Of a stretch of 64,000 nt of DNA, positions 47,607 through 61,420 are shown piece by piece. A model generated the notes under the pieces. The model saw only the letters and a list, made by a program, of their open reading frames with translations, did no database searches and had not been told where the DNA came from. The position numbers were made by a program, and so were the translations under genes. Numbering within the stretch: the stretch's first letter is position 1; every line of letters begins with the position of its first letter. This stretch comes from an uncultured delta proteobacterium (GTDB lineage: Bacteria > Desulfobacterota > Desulfuromonadia > Geobacterales > DSM-12255). The DNA is taken from the NCBI GenBank assembly GCA_963787125.1, contig CAWBBV010000001.1, forward strand, positions 256,001 to 320,000, read 5' to 3'.

Positions 47607-49869
47607 TAAACTCTCCATATAGCGGTACAGAGAAGGTGAAGACATTACCTCCAACTGCCCCCGTGGTGTGACAGATGCTGCCGCCATGTCTTTCGATTAT
47701 CTCTCTGCTTATTGCCAGGCCAAGTCCATTGCCGCTAAATTCGCCATTTTCTGCCTCCCCCATCTGCTGAAATCTGCTAAAGAGCGAATCTCGCTCTTCT
47801 TCGGGAATAGCTTTGCCGTCATCAGAAACTGAAAGCGCCAGAAAAGACCGTTCAACAGCCGCGCTCAGGGTAACAACAGAATCTTCAGGAGCGAATTTAA
47901 TCGCGTTAGAAAGCAAGTTAACGAGTACTTGGGTTAAACGTTCATGATCTCCATAAACTTGCGGCAGATCCATCGGGACATCATTGACAAGCGAGATGTT
48001 CCTGTAAAGCGCTGAGCTCTTTACCTCCTCGATGGCATACAGAACTGTTTCGCCAATCTGCAGAGATTTCATTGAGAAAAATATCTGCCCTGCCTCGATT
48101 CTCGAAAGTTCAATAATACTTGCCACAAGAGTTATCAGCCGTTCGGTATTTCTCAAGCAGACGCCGAGCATCTCCCGCTCCACCCCGGTAAGCCATTTTC
48201 CCTTTTTAAGGATGAACTGCAGAGACCCCTTCATTGAAGTCAGCGGGGTTTTCAGCTCGTGCGAAACTTTGGCAATAAAGCCGCTCTTTAGCCTGTCAAC
48301 CTCACCGTCTGTGGTTACATCGCGAATCCCGAGTAAGAGTCCTCTGCCAAGACCTCTTTCGTCTGTCAACTCCGTAATCGCAAACTTTAAAATCTTGCGG
48401 TTATATTTTAAGGTGAGATTCGATTGACCTTCGGCTGATACGGCTGCTGCCCCCCTTTCGAGTAGTGCAGCCAAATCATTGAGACTCAGCTGATCGCAAA
48501 ATCGTGGCAATGCTTCTCCGACTATATCTGCAGCTCTCACGCCGAACAGTTTTTCAGCAGCCGGATTCAGCTCGATAATCCTGGAATCATTGTCTGCTAC
48601 TACCAAACCGTCCATAAGACTTTTTATAATGGACTTCTGGATTGCCGTTTCATCTTCAAGTTGCTGGGCTCTCTCGCTGACTCTTTTTTCAAGATCTTCG
48701 TTAAGTACCGTAAGTTCAGTATGTTGTTTTTGAATAATAGAATCCCTGACGCTTAATGCCTCTGACATTCTATTAAATGTTTCTGCAAGGGTCTTAAACT
48801 CTTGGCTGCCGCTTTCCGGGATTTTTATAGAGTAGTCTCCGGCTTCGATAGACTTTACCGCGTTTGAAAATTTTCGGATCGGCGAGGTAAATTGCCAGGC
48901 AGTAAAGTATGCAAGGATAAATATAAGCGCAAAGCTCATTAATCCACAGATAATAAGATTTCTAAAGTTGTCACTGCGGACACTCGCAAACTGGCTTTTT
49001 CCCAGGGCAACGGCAATCGAACCGATAAACTCCCCCTTATGGTTGTGAATCGGCTCGGCTATCATCTCGTATTCGCGACTGTTCAAGACGGTAGAGCCAT
49101 TAAAAGAGAAGCCGCTTTTCATTGCCTGGAGAACCTTGGGCTCAAGGGCTGAGTTAACCCATCCCGGTTCTGTTACTGTGCTGGCTATCCGTTCCCCTAA
49201 CTGGGTCACAAACATGTCCACCGTCTTGCCAAATACCTTCTGTTGCTGATACGGCAAGTGCGGATCCTTGTTGACATCGTCTCCTGTCGCAATAACCCCG
49301 AGCAGAGCGCCGCTATTATCCAGCACCGGCACTAATACCAGCTGCACCATTACATCCTTGTTCTCGGGGAGAGCGTTACAAGCCTCAGCACTCACTTCAA
49401 GGCAGTATTTTTCATGAGTTATCAGTTCCGTAGTTATAAACGGCTGCTTTCTGTCAGCGAGACTTTTAAACAGCTCTCCACGTAGAAACGAGCCCGGGTT
49501 TTTTTGGCCATTGTTCCTGGTGATAACATTTTGACGAGCGTCTAAAATAGTCAGCATCTCAATGAAATCGAGCGACTTTAGCCAGCGATTTGCGGAATCC
49601 TGCAGTGATGAATTTTCATTCGCCAGGAATGCTTTTTGTAATGCGATTGATGCGGCGGGCAGTTTTAGCGCTTCAAGAACCAATTCAGGCCGAGCATTGA
49701 ACTGGCTTTTGGCAAACTTGAGCGCATATTCCAGGTCTTTTGAGGTTTCATCTTCAATAAAGCGCTGAATTGTGGTAATTGAGGAAAAAAAGAGAAAGGC
49801 GTATGAACACGCAAGAATGGCAGCAATGGCAAAAAAGAGTCTGCTTTTAATGGTCAGGCTACTCTTCAT
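47593..49869 (-). CDS. Membrane sensor histidine kinase (Cache-HAMP-PAS-HK)
   Basis: Two TM segments, HAMP, SHELKTPL, NAIKF and GNGLGL. Confidence 0.92.
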   Translation of the reverse strand: MKSSLTIKSRLFFAIAAILACSYAFLFFSSITTIQRFIEDETSKDLEYALKFAKSQFNARPELVLEALKLPAASIALQKAFLANENSSLQDSANRWLKSLDFIEMLTILDARQNVITRNNGQKNPGSFLRGELFKSLADRKQPFITTELITHEKYCLEVSAEACNALPENKDVMVQLVLVPVLDNSGALLGVIATGDDVNKDPHLPYQQQKVFGKTVDMFVTQLGERIASTVTEPGWVNSALEPKVLQAMKSGFSFNGSTVLNSREYEMIAEPIHNHKGEFIGSIAVALGKSQFASVRSDNFRNLIICGLMSFALIFILAYFTAWQFTSPIRKFSNAVKSIEAGDYSIKIPESGSQEFKTLAETFNRMSEALSVRDSIIQKQHTELTVLNEDLEKRVSERAQQLEDETAIQKSIIKSLMDGLVVADNDSRIIELNPAAEKLFGVRAADIVGEALPRFCDQLSLNDLAALLERGAAAVSAEGQSNLTLKYNRKILKFAITELTDERGLGRGLLLGIRDVTTDGEVDRLKSGFIAKVSHELKTPLTSMKGSLQFILKKGKWLTGVEREMLGVCLRNTERLITLVASIIELSRIEAGQIFFSMKSLQIGETVLYAIEEVKSSALYRNISLVNDVPMDLPQVYGDHERLTQVLVNLLSNAIKFAPEDSVVTLSAAVERSFLALSVSDDGKAIPEEERDSLFSRFQQMGEAENGEFSGNGLGLAISREIIERHGGSICHTTGAVGGNVFTFSVPLYGEFNGKG

Positions 49870-49894
49870 TTAGTACCCGTGAAGAAATGGCAGG

Positions 49895-50902
49895 CTAAAA
49901 TCCTTCGGCTTTAAGATCTCTCGACATTAGTTCAATAACAGCATCTCTTGCCGGTCTGTCGTTGTAGAGAATCTCGTTAACCTTGAATGCTATCGGCATC
50001 TCAATACCTAGTTTCCATGCCAACAGGCAGGTCGATTCGGTTGTTTTTACCCCTTCCGCTACCATTCGCATCTCGGCGAGAATGGCCGCAAGCGTTCGTC
50101 CCTGGCCAAGCTGAATACCGACGCTCCGGTTTCGTGAGAGATCACCCGTACAGGTGAGCACCAGATCTCCCATGCCGGCAAGTCCGGCAAAAGTCTCGCC
50201 GCGAGCACCCAAAGCCTGGCCGAGCCTGGATATTTCTGCAAGCCCCCGTGTTATGAGAGCTGCCCTGGTGTTACAGCCAAATCCGAGTCCGTCGGCAATA
50301 CCGGCAGCAATAGCTATAACATTTTTAACAGCTCCGCCCAGTTCTACGCCGGTTACGTCACTATTGGTGTATACCCTGAAAAAAGGGCAGTTGAATATAT
50401 CCTGAACCCCTTTGGCTATCAATGGATCTGCGGCGGCGGCGACAACAGCGGTCGGCATCTCCATGGCAACCTCTCTGGCAAAGCTTGGGCCGGAAAGAAC
50501 TGCAAATCTTCTGTACATCGCCTCGGGCAAGCTCTCTTCATAAACCTGGGAGACTAGTTTGAGGGTCTCAACTTCGATCCCTTTGGAGGCGCTGACTATG
50601 ATAGCATCTGGTGGAATGTGCGGCACCGCCTCGACCAGCACTCTTCTTAAGACTTGGGAAGGGACAACAAAAAGCAGCAGGTCTTTGCCGCTGACTGCCT
50701 CTTCGAGGGAAGCAGTAACGTTCAGATTGTCGGCCAGTTTGATGCCGGGAAGATAAACTGTATTCTCGCGGCTGATCTCCATCTCGCTGACCAACTCTTT
50801 TTCATACGCCCAGAGAGTAACCCTGTGGCGCTTCTTTGCCAGCAGATCCGCCAGAGTCGTGCCCCAGCTTCCTGCCCCTATTACCCCGATTGATTTATAC
50901 AT
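49895..50902 (-). CDS. gpsA: NAD(P)H-dependent glycerol-3-phosphate dehydrogenase
   Basis: GAGSWGT, SGPSFA and GDLVLTC...SRN. Confidence 0.97.
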   Translation of the reverse strand: MYKSIGVIGAGSWGTTLADLLAKKRHRVTLWAYEKELVSEMEISRENTVYLPGIKLADNLNVTASLEEAVSGKDLLLFVVPSQVLRRVLVEAVPHIPPDAIIVSASKGIEVETLKLVSQVYEESLPEAMYRRFAVLSGPSFAREVAMEMPTAVVAAAADPLIAKGVQDIFNCPFFRVYTNSDVTGVELGGAVKNVIAIAAGIADGLGFGCNTRAALITRGLAEISRLGQALGARGETFAGLAGMGDLVLTCTGDLSRNRSVGIQLGQGRTLAAILAEMRMVAEGVKTTESTCLLAWKLGIEMPIAFKVNEILYNDRPARDAVIELMSRDLKAEGF

Positions 50903-50916
50903 AAATTATCGTTTCC

Positions 50917-52473
50917 TTAATCGTCCCAGTCTTCCTGATAATCCCTGAAATCATACCCCTCTTCCAGAGCCTCCCTGGCAACTATCATGCTCTCCATGGC
51001 AAAGCGCCGCAAAAAAGGGTGCAGATGGCAGGGGAGAGAGAACTCTTTTATGCTCTCTGCCGCTGCAAGTGCCGCTTTTACAAGTTCACCGTCTACTCCG
51101 GTTCTGGCAAGATAATCGGCGTTAAGAACAAGGCGGCGCGAAATATCCCCCAGCCTTGGTTGAATCTCGTCCCGGCAAAGCTTCTCAATAAGCCTCTCAA
51201 GGGCTTTGCTCAGGTCTTCTTTTGAGGAGTTCTTCTCAAGTCGCAACCATTCTGCTGCTATGTCATATACCAGACAGCTCTCAATAGCCCAACCTGCGAA
51301 AAACTCATCTTCAAAAAGCTGGGTTGAAACTGCCAGTAGCGTTGGCGTCACTTTCACTTCCCAGCCATCCATAGGCGGAGTGTAGCGAGCCGGTCTTATC
51401 TCTTCCGGAGTAAAAATCCTGCGCCGCAGCATAAACTCGGGCGGCAGAGGATATTCTCCTTCACGGTTTTTTAGCAGTGCATCACAAAGAAGCTCAATGA
51501 CAAACTCCGGGGCTACCGGCTCAACAATCTCCTGCCCAGCCCTCTCCGTTGTTCGTTCTACGTAACGCTCCGGCAACTCTGCAGTCTCGCCAGAGACATC
51601 TTCCAGACCATTAATATCGCTTAGTTGCAGGTCGATTGAATCGATTTTGCCATCTTCACGCCACCTGGCAATCAGCACGTTTCTGAAACCGTTGCCGTCA
51701 ACCGGTCCGGCATATGCTGAGTGAAAGGGTTGAAGAGACTGTGGAGATTTCTGGATATTGCCCTGGATACCTAGAAAGGCAAGCCTTTTAAGACTCTGAT
51801 CTATTGCGCTGTACTGAATCGGATCGGCACATTCGCGAAAAAACAGCAGCGCATTTGCAGCGGTGTGTCGTTTGACTCGTCCAAGAGCAGCTATAGCCGC
51901 CTTGACAACAGCCTCATTGTCGTAGCTAAGAAGTAGCTCGAGGAACTCCGGAACGCGTTCATCGGGCAGCCGTGACAGTTCCAGTAAAAAAGAGTGTTTC
52001 ACTTCAATAGTCTTTACGGCGAATTCTTCAAGGAGAGAAACCATCCCCTCCTCGCCTCTATTCATAAAGCGCGTGAAAAGCTCCGCTATGGGCGGAGAAG
52101 AAGCTGTAAGCAGGGTAGAAAAGGGTGGGGCGGTTACATCAATACCGCAATCTTCGAGAGTGGCCAGGAGGGCAGATTGCCCTTCAAACTCAAGATCGCG
52201 CCGCTTTAAAGCGATCTGGATTATCTGGTCAAGCCAGTATCTATCGTCGAGGAAATCAAGCAGATAGGTATATTTTGAAACGAGAGGCCCGCTCTTTTCA
52301 CGGGAGATGTTGCGCAGAAGCGGCTGAACGGCCGAACGCCCCGCTTTATGGATAAGCGTTCCGATCTCATCCATTTCAGCGTAGGTTATATTCTCCTTTT
52401 TCAGTTTTTCAAGAAGGTGGAGAACTCCCTGACGCTCATTGAAACTTCTGTCAATCTTCCGAGGATTTTCCAT
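50917..52473 (-). CDS. Hypothetical protein with a HEAT-like segment
   Basis: Long acidic helical ORF co-oriented between gyrA and gpsA. Contains VVKAAIAALGRV. Confidence 0.75.
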   Translation of the reverse strand: MENPRKIDRSFNERQGVLHLLEKLKKENITYAEMDEIGTLIHKAGRSAVQPLLRNISREKSGPLVSKYTYLLDFLDDRYWLDQIIQIALKRRDLEFEGQSALLATLEDCGIDVTAPPFSTLLTASSPPIAELFTRFMNRGEEGMVSLLEEFAVKTIEVKHSFLLELSRLPDERVPEFLELLLSYDNEAVVKAAIAALGRVKRHTAANALLFFRECADPIQYSAIDQSLKRLAFLGIQGNIQKSPQSLQPFHSAYAGPVDGNGFRNVLIARWREDGKIDSIDLQLSDINGLEDVSGETAELPERYVERTTERAGQEIVEPVAPEFVIELLCDALLKNREGEYPLPPEFMLRRRIFTPEEIRPARYTPPMDGWEVKVTPTLLAVSTQLFEDEFFAGWAIESCLVYDIAAEWLRLEKNSSKEDLSKALERLIEKLCRDEIQPRLGDISRRLVLNADYLARTGVDGELVKAALAAAESIKEFSLPCHLHPFLRRFAMESMIVAREALEEGYDFRDYQEDWDD

Positions 52474-52479
52474 TTGAGC

Positions 52480-55056
52480 CTACTCTTCACTATCATCCGT
52501 TACAAGCCCAGCTTCCTGAATCTCATCGACAAGCTCGTCATCAGCACCCTCTTCCGTCTCGTCTTTTTCAGCAAGCTTGGCAACAGCAACTATCCGTTCA
52601 TCCGTCTCTGTTACCATTAGCCGTACTCCCTGAGTATTTCTGCCAATGATTGAGAAGCCGGAAACCGGGACACGGAGAATTTTACCCTGATCGCTGATCA
52701 GCATCATATCGTTCTCATCTGTTACCTGCTTGATGTCAACGACACAGCCGTTTCTGTCAGTTGTCTTGATGGTAATAACGCCTTTACCACCACGGCTCTG
52801 GGCACGATACTCCCCAAGCTCGGTTCGCTTGCCGAAACCATTTTCCGTGACCGTAAAGATTGTCGAGCCGGTCATGTCATTGACTATCTCCATGCCGATA
52901 ACAAAATCGTCATCCTCCAGTGTCATGCCACGAACGCCACGGGTAACACGTCCCTGTGGTCGCGCATCCTCTTCACGGAAACGGATGGACTTGCCATTTT
53001 TAGACGCCAGGAGCACATCCTGCTTGCCGTCAGTAAGCGCTACCTCTATCAACTTGTCGCCATCATCCAGATTTACAGCTAGGATTCCGCCTGCGCGCGG
53101 ATGAGAGTACTCCAGGAGCGGTGTCTTCTTGACGACACCCTGCCTGGTTGCCATCATGATATACCTGTCGTTAGTGAACTCCCGCACAGGCAGGATCGCT
53201 GTTACCTTCTCATCCGCTGACAGATTCAGCAGGTTAACAATCGCCTTGCCGCGCGTTGCCCGGCCACCTTCAGGCAGCTCATAAACTTTTAACCAGAAAA
53301 CTTTACCGGCATCAGTGAAAAAGAGGAGATAATCTTTGGTTGAGGCAATAAAGAGATGCTCGACAAAATCTTCATCCTTGGTCTTTATCCCCGTTTTGCC
53401 CTTGCCTCCGCGCCGCTGGGCGCGATACAGGGAGACGGCACTCCGCTTGATGTAGCCTGTATGGGTGATGTTAACGACCATGTCCTCTTCGACAATGGTA
53501 TCTTCAAGAGTAATTTCAGCTGTTTGGGCGATAATCTCGGTACGTCTTGGATCACCGAACTTCTCTTTGACTTCCAGCAGTTCATTCTTGACGATAGCAA
53601 GAATCTCCGTTTCCGAACCGAGAATTTCTTTCAATCTGGCAATAAGGCGCAGTACTTCCAGATATTCATCGATGATTTTTTCCCGCTCAAGGCCGGTAAG
53701 GCGGTGCAGACGCATGTCCAGAATTGCCTGTGCCTGAATGTCTGAAAGCCTGGTAGCGCTGCTGTAGCCTGCCGGAGCAGACAGGCCGAACTTCTCCAAC
53801 CAGGCAGTATTGGCAAATTTACCTTCAATCAAACCTTCTTTTGCCTCTGCCGGAGTCTTGGAGGCCCGGATAAGCTCAATGACCGCATCGAGCCAATCAA
53901 GAGCAATCTTCAGACCTTCGAGAATATGGGCGCGGGCTTCGGCTTTCTTCAGTTCAAAAACGATCCGCCTGGTGACAATCTCGCGGCGGTGGTCGATGAA
54001 GTGGCGTATAACCTCTTTTAGTGTCAGAACCTTGGGTCGGTTACTGACAATAGCCAGCATGATTATGCCGAACGAGGACTGCATCGTGGTCTGCTTGTAG
54101 AGCTGGTTCAGAAGAACCTGAGGATTCTCGTCTTTTTTGAGTTCAATAACGATCCGCATCCCGTCACGGTCCGACTCATCACGCAGGTCGGAGATCCCTT
54201 CGATCTTTTTCTCCCTTACCAGTTCAGCGATCTTTTCGATCAGGCGCGCCTTGTTCACCTGATAAGGGATCTCGGTAACGATAATCGACTCACGTTCGCT
54301 CTTCTTCTGCTTCTCTACCCTGGCGCGGGCGCGCATCTGAATGATGCCACGGCCGGTTCGATACGCTGAAACGATTCCATCACAACCATAAATAAAGCCG
54401 GCAGTCGGAAAATCTGGGCCAGGGATATGTGTCATCAACTCTTCGATGGTAATGGCTGGGTTATCAATAGTGGCAATAACGCCGTCAACCACTTCCCCCA
54501 GATTGTGTGGCGGGATATTGGTCGCCATACCGACAGCAATGCCGGAAGAGCCGTTGACAAGCAGATTAGGTATTTTGGCTGGAAGTACCAACGGCTCAGT
54601 CAGCGAGTCGTCATAGTTAGCCCCCATTTCGACGGTCTCTTTATCCAGATCGACGAGCATTTCGTGAGCAACTTTTGACATCCTGATTTCGGTGTAACGC
54701 ATTGCTGCGGGAGAATCACCGTCAACGGAACCGAAGTTGCCCTGGCCGTCAACCATCGGATAACGCAGGGAAAACTCCTGCGCCATCCTGACAATGGTAT
54801 CATAAGCCGCTGTATCACCATGGGGGTGGTACTTACCGATAACGTCACCGACTACACGGGCAGACTTTTTGTACGGTTTGTTATAATCGTTTCCCATGTC
54901 ATACATGGCATAGAGACAGCGCCGGTGAACCGGCTTGAAGCCGTCGCGCACATCAGGCAACGCTCGACCGATGATGACCGACATTGCATAATCCATATAG
55001 GATTTTTTCATCTCATCTTCAATATTTACCGAAATCTTGTTTGTCTGGTTGAGCAT
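52480..55056 (-). CDS. gyrA: DNA gyrase subunit A
   Basis: [25 protein letters not shown] and GyrA-box QRRGGKG. Confidence 0.99.
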   Translation of the reverse strand: MLNQTNKISVNIEDEMKKSYMDYAMSVIIGRALPDVRDGFKPVHRRCLYAMYDMGNDYNKPYKKSARVVGDVIGKYHPHGDTAAYDTIVRMAQEFSLRYPMVDGQGNFGSVDGDSPAAMRYTEIRMSKVAHEMLVDLDKETVEMGANYDDSLTEPLVLPAKIPNLLVNGSSGIAVGMATNIPPHNLGEVVDGVIATIDNPAITIEELMTHIPGPDFPTAGFIYGCDGIVSAYRTGRGIIQMRARARVEKQKKSERESIIVTEIPYQVNKARLIEKIAELVREKKIEGISDLRDESDRDGMRIVIELKKDENPQVLLNQLYKQTTMQSSFGIIMLAIVSNRPKVLTLKEVIRHFIDHRREIVTRRIVFELKKAEARAHILEGLKIALDWLDAVIELIRASKTPAEAKEGLIEGKFANTAWLEKFGLSAPAGYSSATRLSDIQAQAILDMRLHRLTGLEREKIIDEYLEVLRLIARLKEILGSETEILAIVKNELLEVKEKFGDPRRTEIIAQTAEITLEDTIVEEDMVVNITHTGYIKRSAVSLYRAQRRGGKGKTGIKTKDEDFVEHLFIASTKDYLLFFTDAGKVFWLKVYELPEGGRATRGKAIVNLLNLSADEKVTAILPVREFTNDRYIMMATRQGVVKKTPLLEYSHPRAGGILAVNLDDGDKLIEVALTDGKQDVLLASKNGKSIRFREEDARPQGRVTRGVRGMTLEDDDFVIGMEIVNDMTGSTIFTVTENGFGKRTELGEYRAQSRGGKGVITIKTTDRNGCVVDIKQVTDENDMMLISDQGKILRVPVSGFSIIGRNTQGVRLMVTETDERIVAVAKLAEKDETEEGADDELVDEIQEAGLVTDDSEE

Positions 55057-55114
55057 TGGTCCCTCTATATGCACCATCTAAATTAAAGAGCTGTTAATTT
55101 TTAGTAGTAGATAC

Positions 55115-57505
<2,391 letters not shown>

Positions 57506-58597
57506 CTAAACGATGCGACCATTTTCAACAAAAAAAACCGAATGTCCACTCCCAGAAGGAAGTGGCACTGAAGCCGGATCTGTTGTTGTTATAAATACCT
57601 GCATTTTCCTGTTAACCAAAAAATCAATAAGATGTTCGATTCTGCTGCTGTCTAATTCAGCAGTCATATCATCAAGGAGCAATAGAGGGACTCTTTCTGA
57701 TTTTCTGCTTAAATATTCAATTTCCGACATTTTGAGAGCCATAACAAAGCTTTTCTGTTGACCCTGTGATCCATGTTCTTTAATAAGTCTGCCATCTAAA
57801 AAAAACTCGAGATCGTCTCGATGCGGTCCAACTAAAGTTGTACCTCTTTCCCTCTCTAGTCGGCTTGTCCGATTCAGTTCAGTTGAAAATTTACTGCTGA
57901 GACCTTCCAGAGTGGATTCTCCGGTACAAGAGGAGTTACAATAGCATAACCTGACCTCTTCGTCACTACCAGAGATGTTTTTATAAAAGGACGAAAAAGC
58001 CGTTGCTAACTCCGTGATATAAACTGCCCGCTCAAATGCCAGTTTGGCACCAGTAGTGACTAATTGAGCAGTCCATGCTTCTATTCCCACATACTTTCGT
58101 TGTTTAAGTAGCTGATTTCGTTGTTTAAGTACTCTGAAATAATCGTGATATACCTTTAAATAACCTGCATCGCTGCTGAAAACTGCTCTATCAAGATAAC
58201 GTCTTCTCTGGTCAGGAGAACCGTTGATCATTGTTATCTCTTCAGGTGAAAAAGCTACAACTGAAAGTGTTTTACAGTAATCTAATATTCGTCCTGCGGT
58301 CTTACCATCTATTTTAAGAGCTCTAGAGCTGTTTTCAAATGAGACGGAAAGCTCATGTCCAAGCTTGTTGTCGACAATAGTACAGCCAAGATGTGATATC
58401 TGCTCATTCCAGCTGATCATATCTCTTTGCTTGGCATTTCTGAATGACTTCAGAGTTCCGAGGAAAAATATAGCTTCAAGATAATTCGTTTTACCTTGTC
58501 CATTTCTACCGTGAAATATATTAAAACTATTATCGAACTCAATAGTAGATTGCCGTATATTTCTGAACATATTTATATGTAATTTATTTAGAATCAT
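57506..58597 (-). CDS. recF: DNA replication/repair protein RecF
   Basis: GRNGQGKTN, GPHRDD, GSQGQQK and LLLDD. Confidence 0.97.
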   Translation of the reverse strand: MILNKLHINMFRNIRQSTIEFDNSFNIFHGRNGQGKTNYLEAIFFLGTLKSFRNAKQRDMISWNEQISHLGCTIVDNKLGHELSVSFENSSRALKIDGKTAGRILDYCKTLSVVAFSPEEITMINGSPDQRRRYLDRAVFSSDAGYLKVYHDYFRVLKQRNQLLKQRKYVGIEAWTAQLVTTGAKLAFERAVYITELATAFSSFYKNISGSDEEVRLCYCNSSCTGESTLEGLSSKFSTELNRTSRLERERGTTLVGPHRDDLEFFLDGRLIKEHGSQGQQKSFVMALKMSEIEYLSRKSERVPLLLLDDMTAELDSSRIEHLIDFLVNRKMQVFITTTDPASVPLPSGSGHSVFFVENGRIV

Positions 58598-58707
58598 ATC
58601 TGAACACTGATAAAAATAATGAACGACTTGCCGATAATACGAAAGGTCTCTCTGACATGAGTAACTGGCTGAGAGACCTTTTCGTGTAATTCTTATATGA
58701 AGTTTTA

Positions 58708-59826
58708 CTACAGACGCATCGGCATTATTACTGCCATTAGTTCGTCAGAACCTGCCTCTTTAAGTATTGCAGGAGACATTTCATCTCTAAGAAGAAGCAC
58801 TACTTCATCTGAAGTGACTATGTTAAGAACATCTATTAGATAACGGGCATTGAATCTTGTTACTATTTTTTCACCGCTATATTGAACCTCAAACTCTTCA
58901 CGAGCTTCACCCAGTTCCGGGTTACTTGATGATATTTCCATAGAATTATCTGTTATTTCAAATTTTATCCCTTTAAATTTATCACTGGAAAGTATTGACA
59001 TTCTTTTTAGAGAATGAAGAAATATCTCTTTTTTTATTTTTATTTCTCTATTGTTTCCAACGGGCACAACCCTTGTGTAATCAGGAAATTCTCCATCTAC
59101 CAGTCTCATAACGACTGTGGTATTCCCTTTTACAAGTGCTACACTATTATCAATAAAACCTAGTCTGATACCACCATCTTCTTCATCACTCAGCCTTTTA
59201 AGTTCGACTATCCCTTTTTTTGGAAATATTACCCCTTTTTCCTGTATCTCAAAATCAGTCCCTTCAATTTTATGTTCCGAGACTGACAGTCTGTGCCCAT
59301 CGGTAGCTACCATAATCAGACTCTTAACATCTTCGTTATTGTTAATTTTAAATAGAATGCCGTTAAGATTATATTTTGTTTCATCATGACATATAGCATA
59401 AGAAGTCTGCTCAATCATTCTTGCAAGTGTTAAAGAATCAAGTGTTATAAAACCTGTTTCATTAATCTTGGGGAAAAATGGAAATTCATTTGGCGAAAGA
59501 CCAACTATATTGAATTTGGCTTTTCCGCAAACAATATCTACCCAGTCATTACTTTTTGTTGACAGTCTGATCTGCTCTTCTGGTAACTCTCTGATTATTT
59601 CATATAGTTTTTTTGCTGAGAGAGTTATGCGGCCCTCATCAATTATTTTAGCTGGGTAACTACTTTTCATGCCAACTTCAAGATCAGTTGCAGTTAACGT
59701 TAATAAATTGTTGGATGCTTCTATTAGCACATTTGAAAGTATCGGCATTGTATTGCGCCGTTCAACTATACCTTGTATTTTCTGCAGCGCTTTTACAAAA
59801 ACTTCCTTTTCTATTGTAAATTCCAT
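58708..59826 (-). CDS. dnaN: DNA polymerase III beta clamp
   Basis: PILSNVL, ATDLE, ATDGHRL and C-terminal IMPMRL. Confidence 0.98.
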   Translation of the reverse strand: MEFTIEKEVFVKALQKIQGIVERRNTMPILSNVLIEASNNLLTLTATDLEVGMKSSYPAKIIDEGRITLSAKKLYEIIRELPEEQIRLSTKSNDWVDIVCGKAKFNIVGLSPNEFPFFPKINETGFITLDSLTLARMIEQTSYAICHDETKYNLNGILFKINNNEDVKSLIMVATDGHRLSVSEHKIEGTDFEIQEKGVIFPKKGIVELKRLSDEEDGGIRLGFIDNSVALVKGNTTVVMRLVDGEFPDYTRVVPVGNNREIKIKKEIFLHSLKRMSILSSDKFKGIKFEITDNSMEISSSNPELGEAREEFEVQYSGEKIVTRFNARYLIDVLNIVTSDEVVLLLRDEMSPAILKEAGSDELMAVIMPMRL

Positions 59827-59839
59827 TATGCCTCCTGCC

Positions 59840-60038
59840 TTATTACTATTTAAATATAAGCTTATTTAGTAGCAGTAGTAATAGGTCCTGTTGATAAGAA
59901 TTAAATGCATGTAACTATCTGATTATATTGCAATTACTCTGTTGATAAAATTGTTATATATTTTCTTGATAACTTTACTTATTAACATTCGTCTTTTTTC
60001 TTCAACAGAATATACAAGTTATTAACACTGTTTTAGTA
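59840..60038. other. oriC: oriC: AT-rich region, DnaA-trios and DnaA boxes between dnaA and dnaN
   Basis: TAG TAG CAG TAG TAA TAG (59867-59884), then GTCC and box TGTTGATAA (59889). Further boxes at 59940, 59964, 59979 and 60019. Confidence 0.85.
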
Positions 60039-61385
60039 TCAGTTCAACAGTTTACGCTTGATAACTTCATAACTATTCAATATTTCGGGTTTATCTGCCA
60101 TTATTGCGCTTATTTTCTTCACAGCGTAAATAACTGTAGAGTGGTCTTTACCACCAAATTTCTCACCTATTTCCGGATAAGATGCCTTTGTCAGCTCTCT
60201 AGAAAGATATATCGCTATCTGCCTGGGTAAAACAAATGTTTTGTATCTTTTCTCTGATTTAAGATCAGCTACCTTTAGTTTAAAATGATCTGCAACATGT
60301 TTCTGAATAGATTCAATGCTGATTTCCCTGTTTTTATCAACTATTATATCTTTCAGGATGTCTTTGGCCATGGCAAGATTAATCTTATTTTTGGTCAGAC
60401 TAGCGTATGCTCCTATACGAATCAGCATACCTTCTATTTCTCTGATGTTACTGGCACTACTTGACCCTATTAACATCGCAACATCATCTGGAAGATCTAT
60501 TCCGTTCAATTCAGCTTTTTTCTTCAGAATTGCTACTTTAGTTTCTACATCAGGAGGTTGAATATCTGCGATCAACCCCCATTCAAACCTTGATCTTAGT
60601 CTTTCTTCCAATCCTGGAATATCTTTAGGAAACTTGTCTGATGTTATTACAATCTGTTTATGTGATTCGTAAAGAGCATTGAATGTATGAAAGAATTCAA
60701 CTTCCGTGGCTTCTCGACCGGCCATGAACTGGATGTCATCTATGAGAAGCAGATCCGCTTTTCTGAATTTAGAACGAAATTCCTCCATTTTCTTATGACG
60801 AATGCAATTTATCATTTCATTCATGAAGGTTTCAGAAGTGTAGTAACAAATCTTGGCATCCGGATTCTCGCTTAAAATTTGATTGCCGATTGCCACCATA
60901 AGATGAGTTTTACCAAGACCCGTTCCACCATAAATAAATAGCGGGTTGTATCTGTTAGCAGGTGTTTCCGCGACTGCCTGGGAGGCTGCATGGGCGAATT
61001 CATTACTTGTACCGCAGACAAAGGAATCGAACGTGTATCTTGCATTCAATGATGTAGAAAAACCCGGGCTTTTAGCTTGTTCTTTTTGAATTGGTTCTAA
61101 TGGCGTTTGTTCAGATATTATCCTGGTATTGATATCATCTATAATTACACTACCAATTCTGAGTTCAATTTCAAAACTATCGTTGGTAAGACCCGCAACA
61201 ACTTCTCTTATCAGGGCAATATATCTGTTTTTTACCTCATTTTTATGAAATTCATTCGGTACCTCAAGTATGAAAGATGAACCATAGGAATCTATGAATC
61301 TTATCGGTTTTATCCAGCTCTTGAATGCTTGAGGGGAAAGTACATGTTCTATTTTTAATTGAGCATCGTCCCAAATTTGTTTCAT
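60039..61385 (-). CDS. dnaA: Chromosomal replication initiator DnaA
   Basis: YNPLFIYGGTGLGKTHL, LIDDIQF, RLRSRFEWGL and GGKDHSTV. Confidence 0.99.
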   Translation of the reverse strand: MKQIWDDAQLKIEHVLSPQAFKSWIKPIRFIDSYGSSFILEVPNEFHKNEVKNRYIALIREVVAGLTNDSFEIELRIGSVIIDDINTRIISEQTPLEPIQKEQAKSPGFSTSLNARYTFDSFVCGTSNEFAHAASQAVAETPANRYNPLFIYGGTGLGKTHLMVAIGNQILSENPDAKICYYTSETFMNEMINCIRHKKMEEFRSKFRKADLLLIDDIQFMAGREATEVEFFHTFNALYESHKQIVITSDKFPKDIPGLEERLRSRFEWGLIADIQPPDVETKVAILKKKAELNGIDLPDDVAMLIGSSSASNIREIEGMLIRIGAYASLTKNKINLAMAKDILKDIIVDKNREISIESIQKHVADHFKLKVADLKSEKRYKTFVLPRQIAIYLSRELTKASYPEIGEKFGGKDHSTVIYAVKKISAIMADKPEILNSYEVIKRKLLN

Positions 61386-61420
61386 TGAATTAGCTCCACA
61401 GGTAAGACTGACTAATAATG

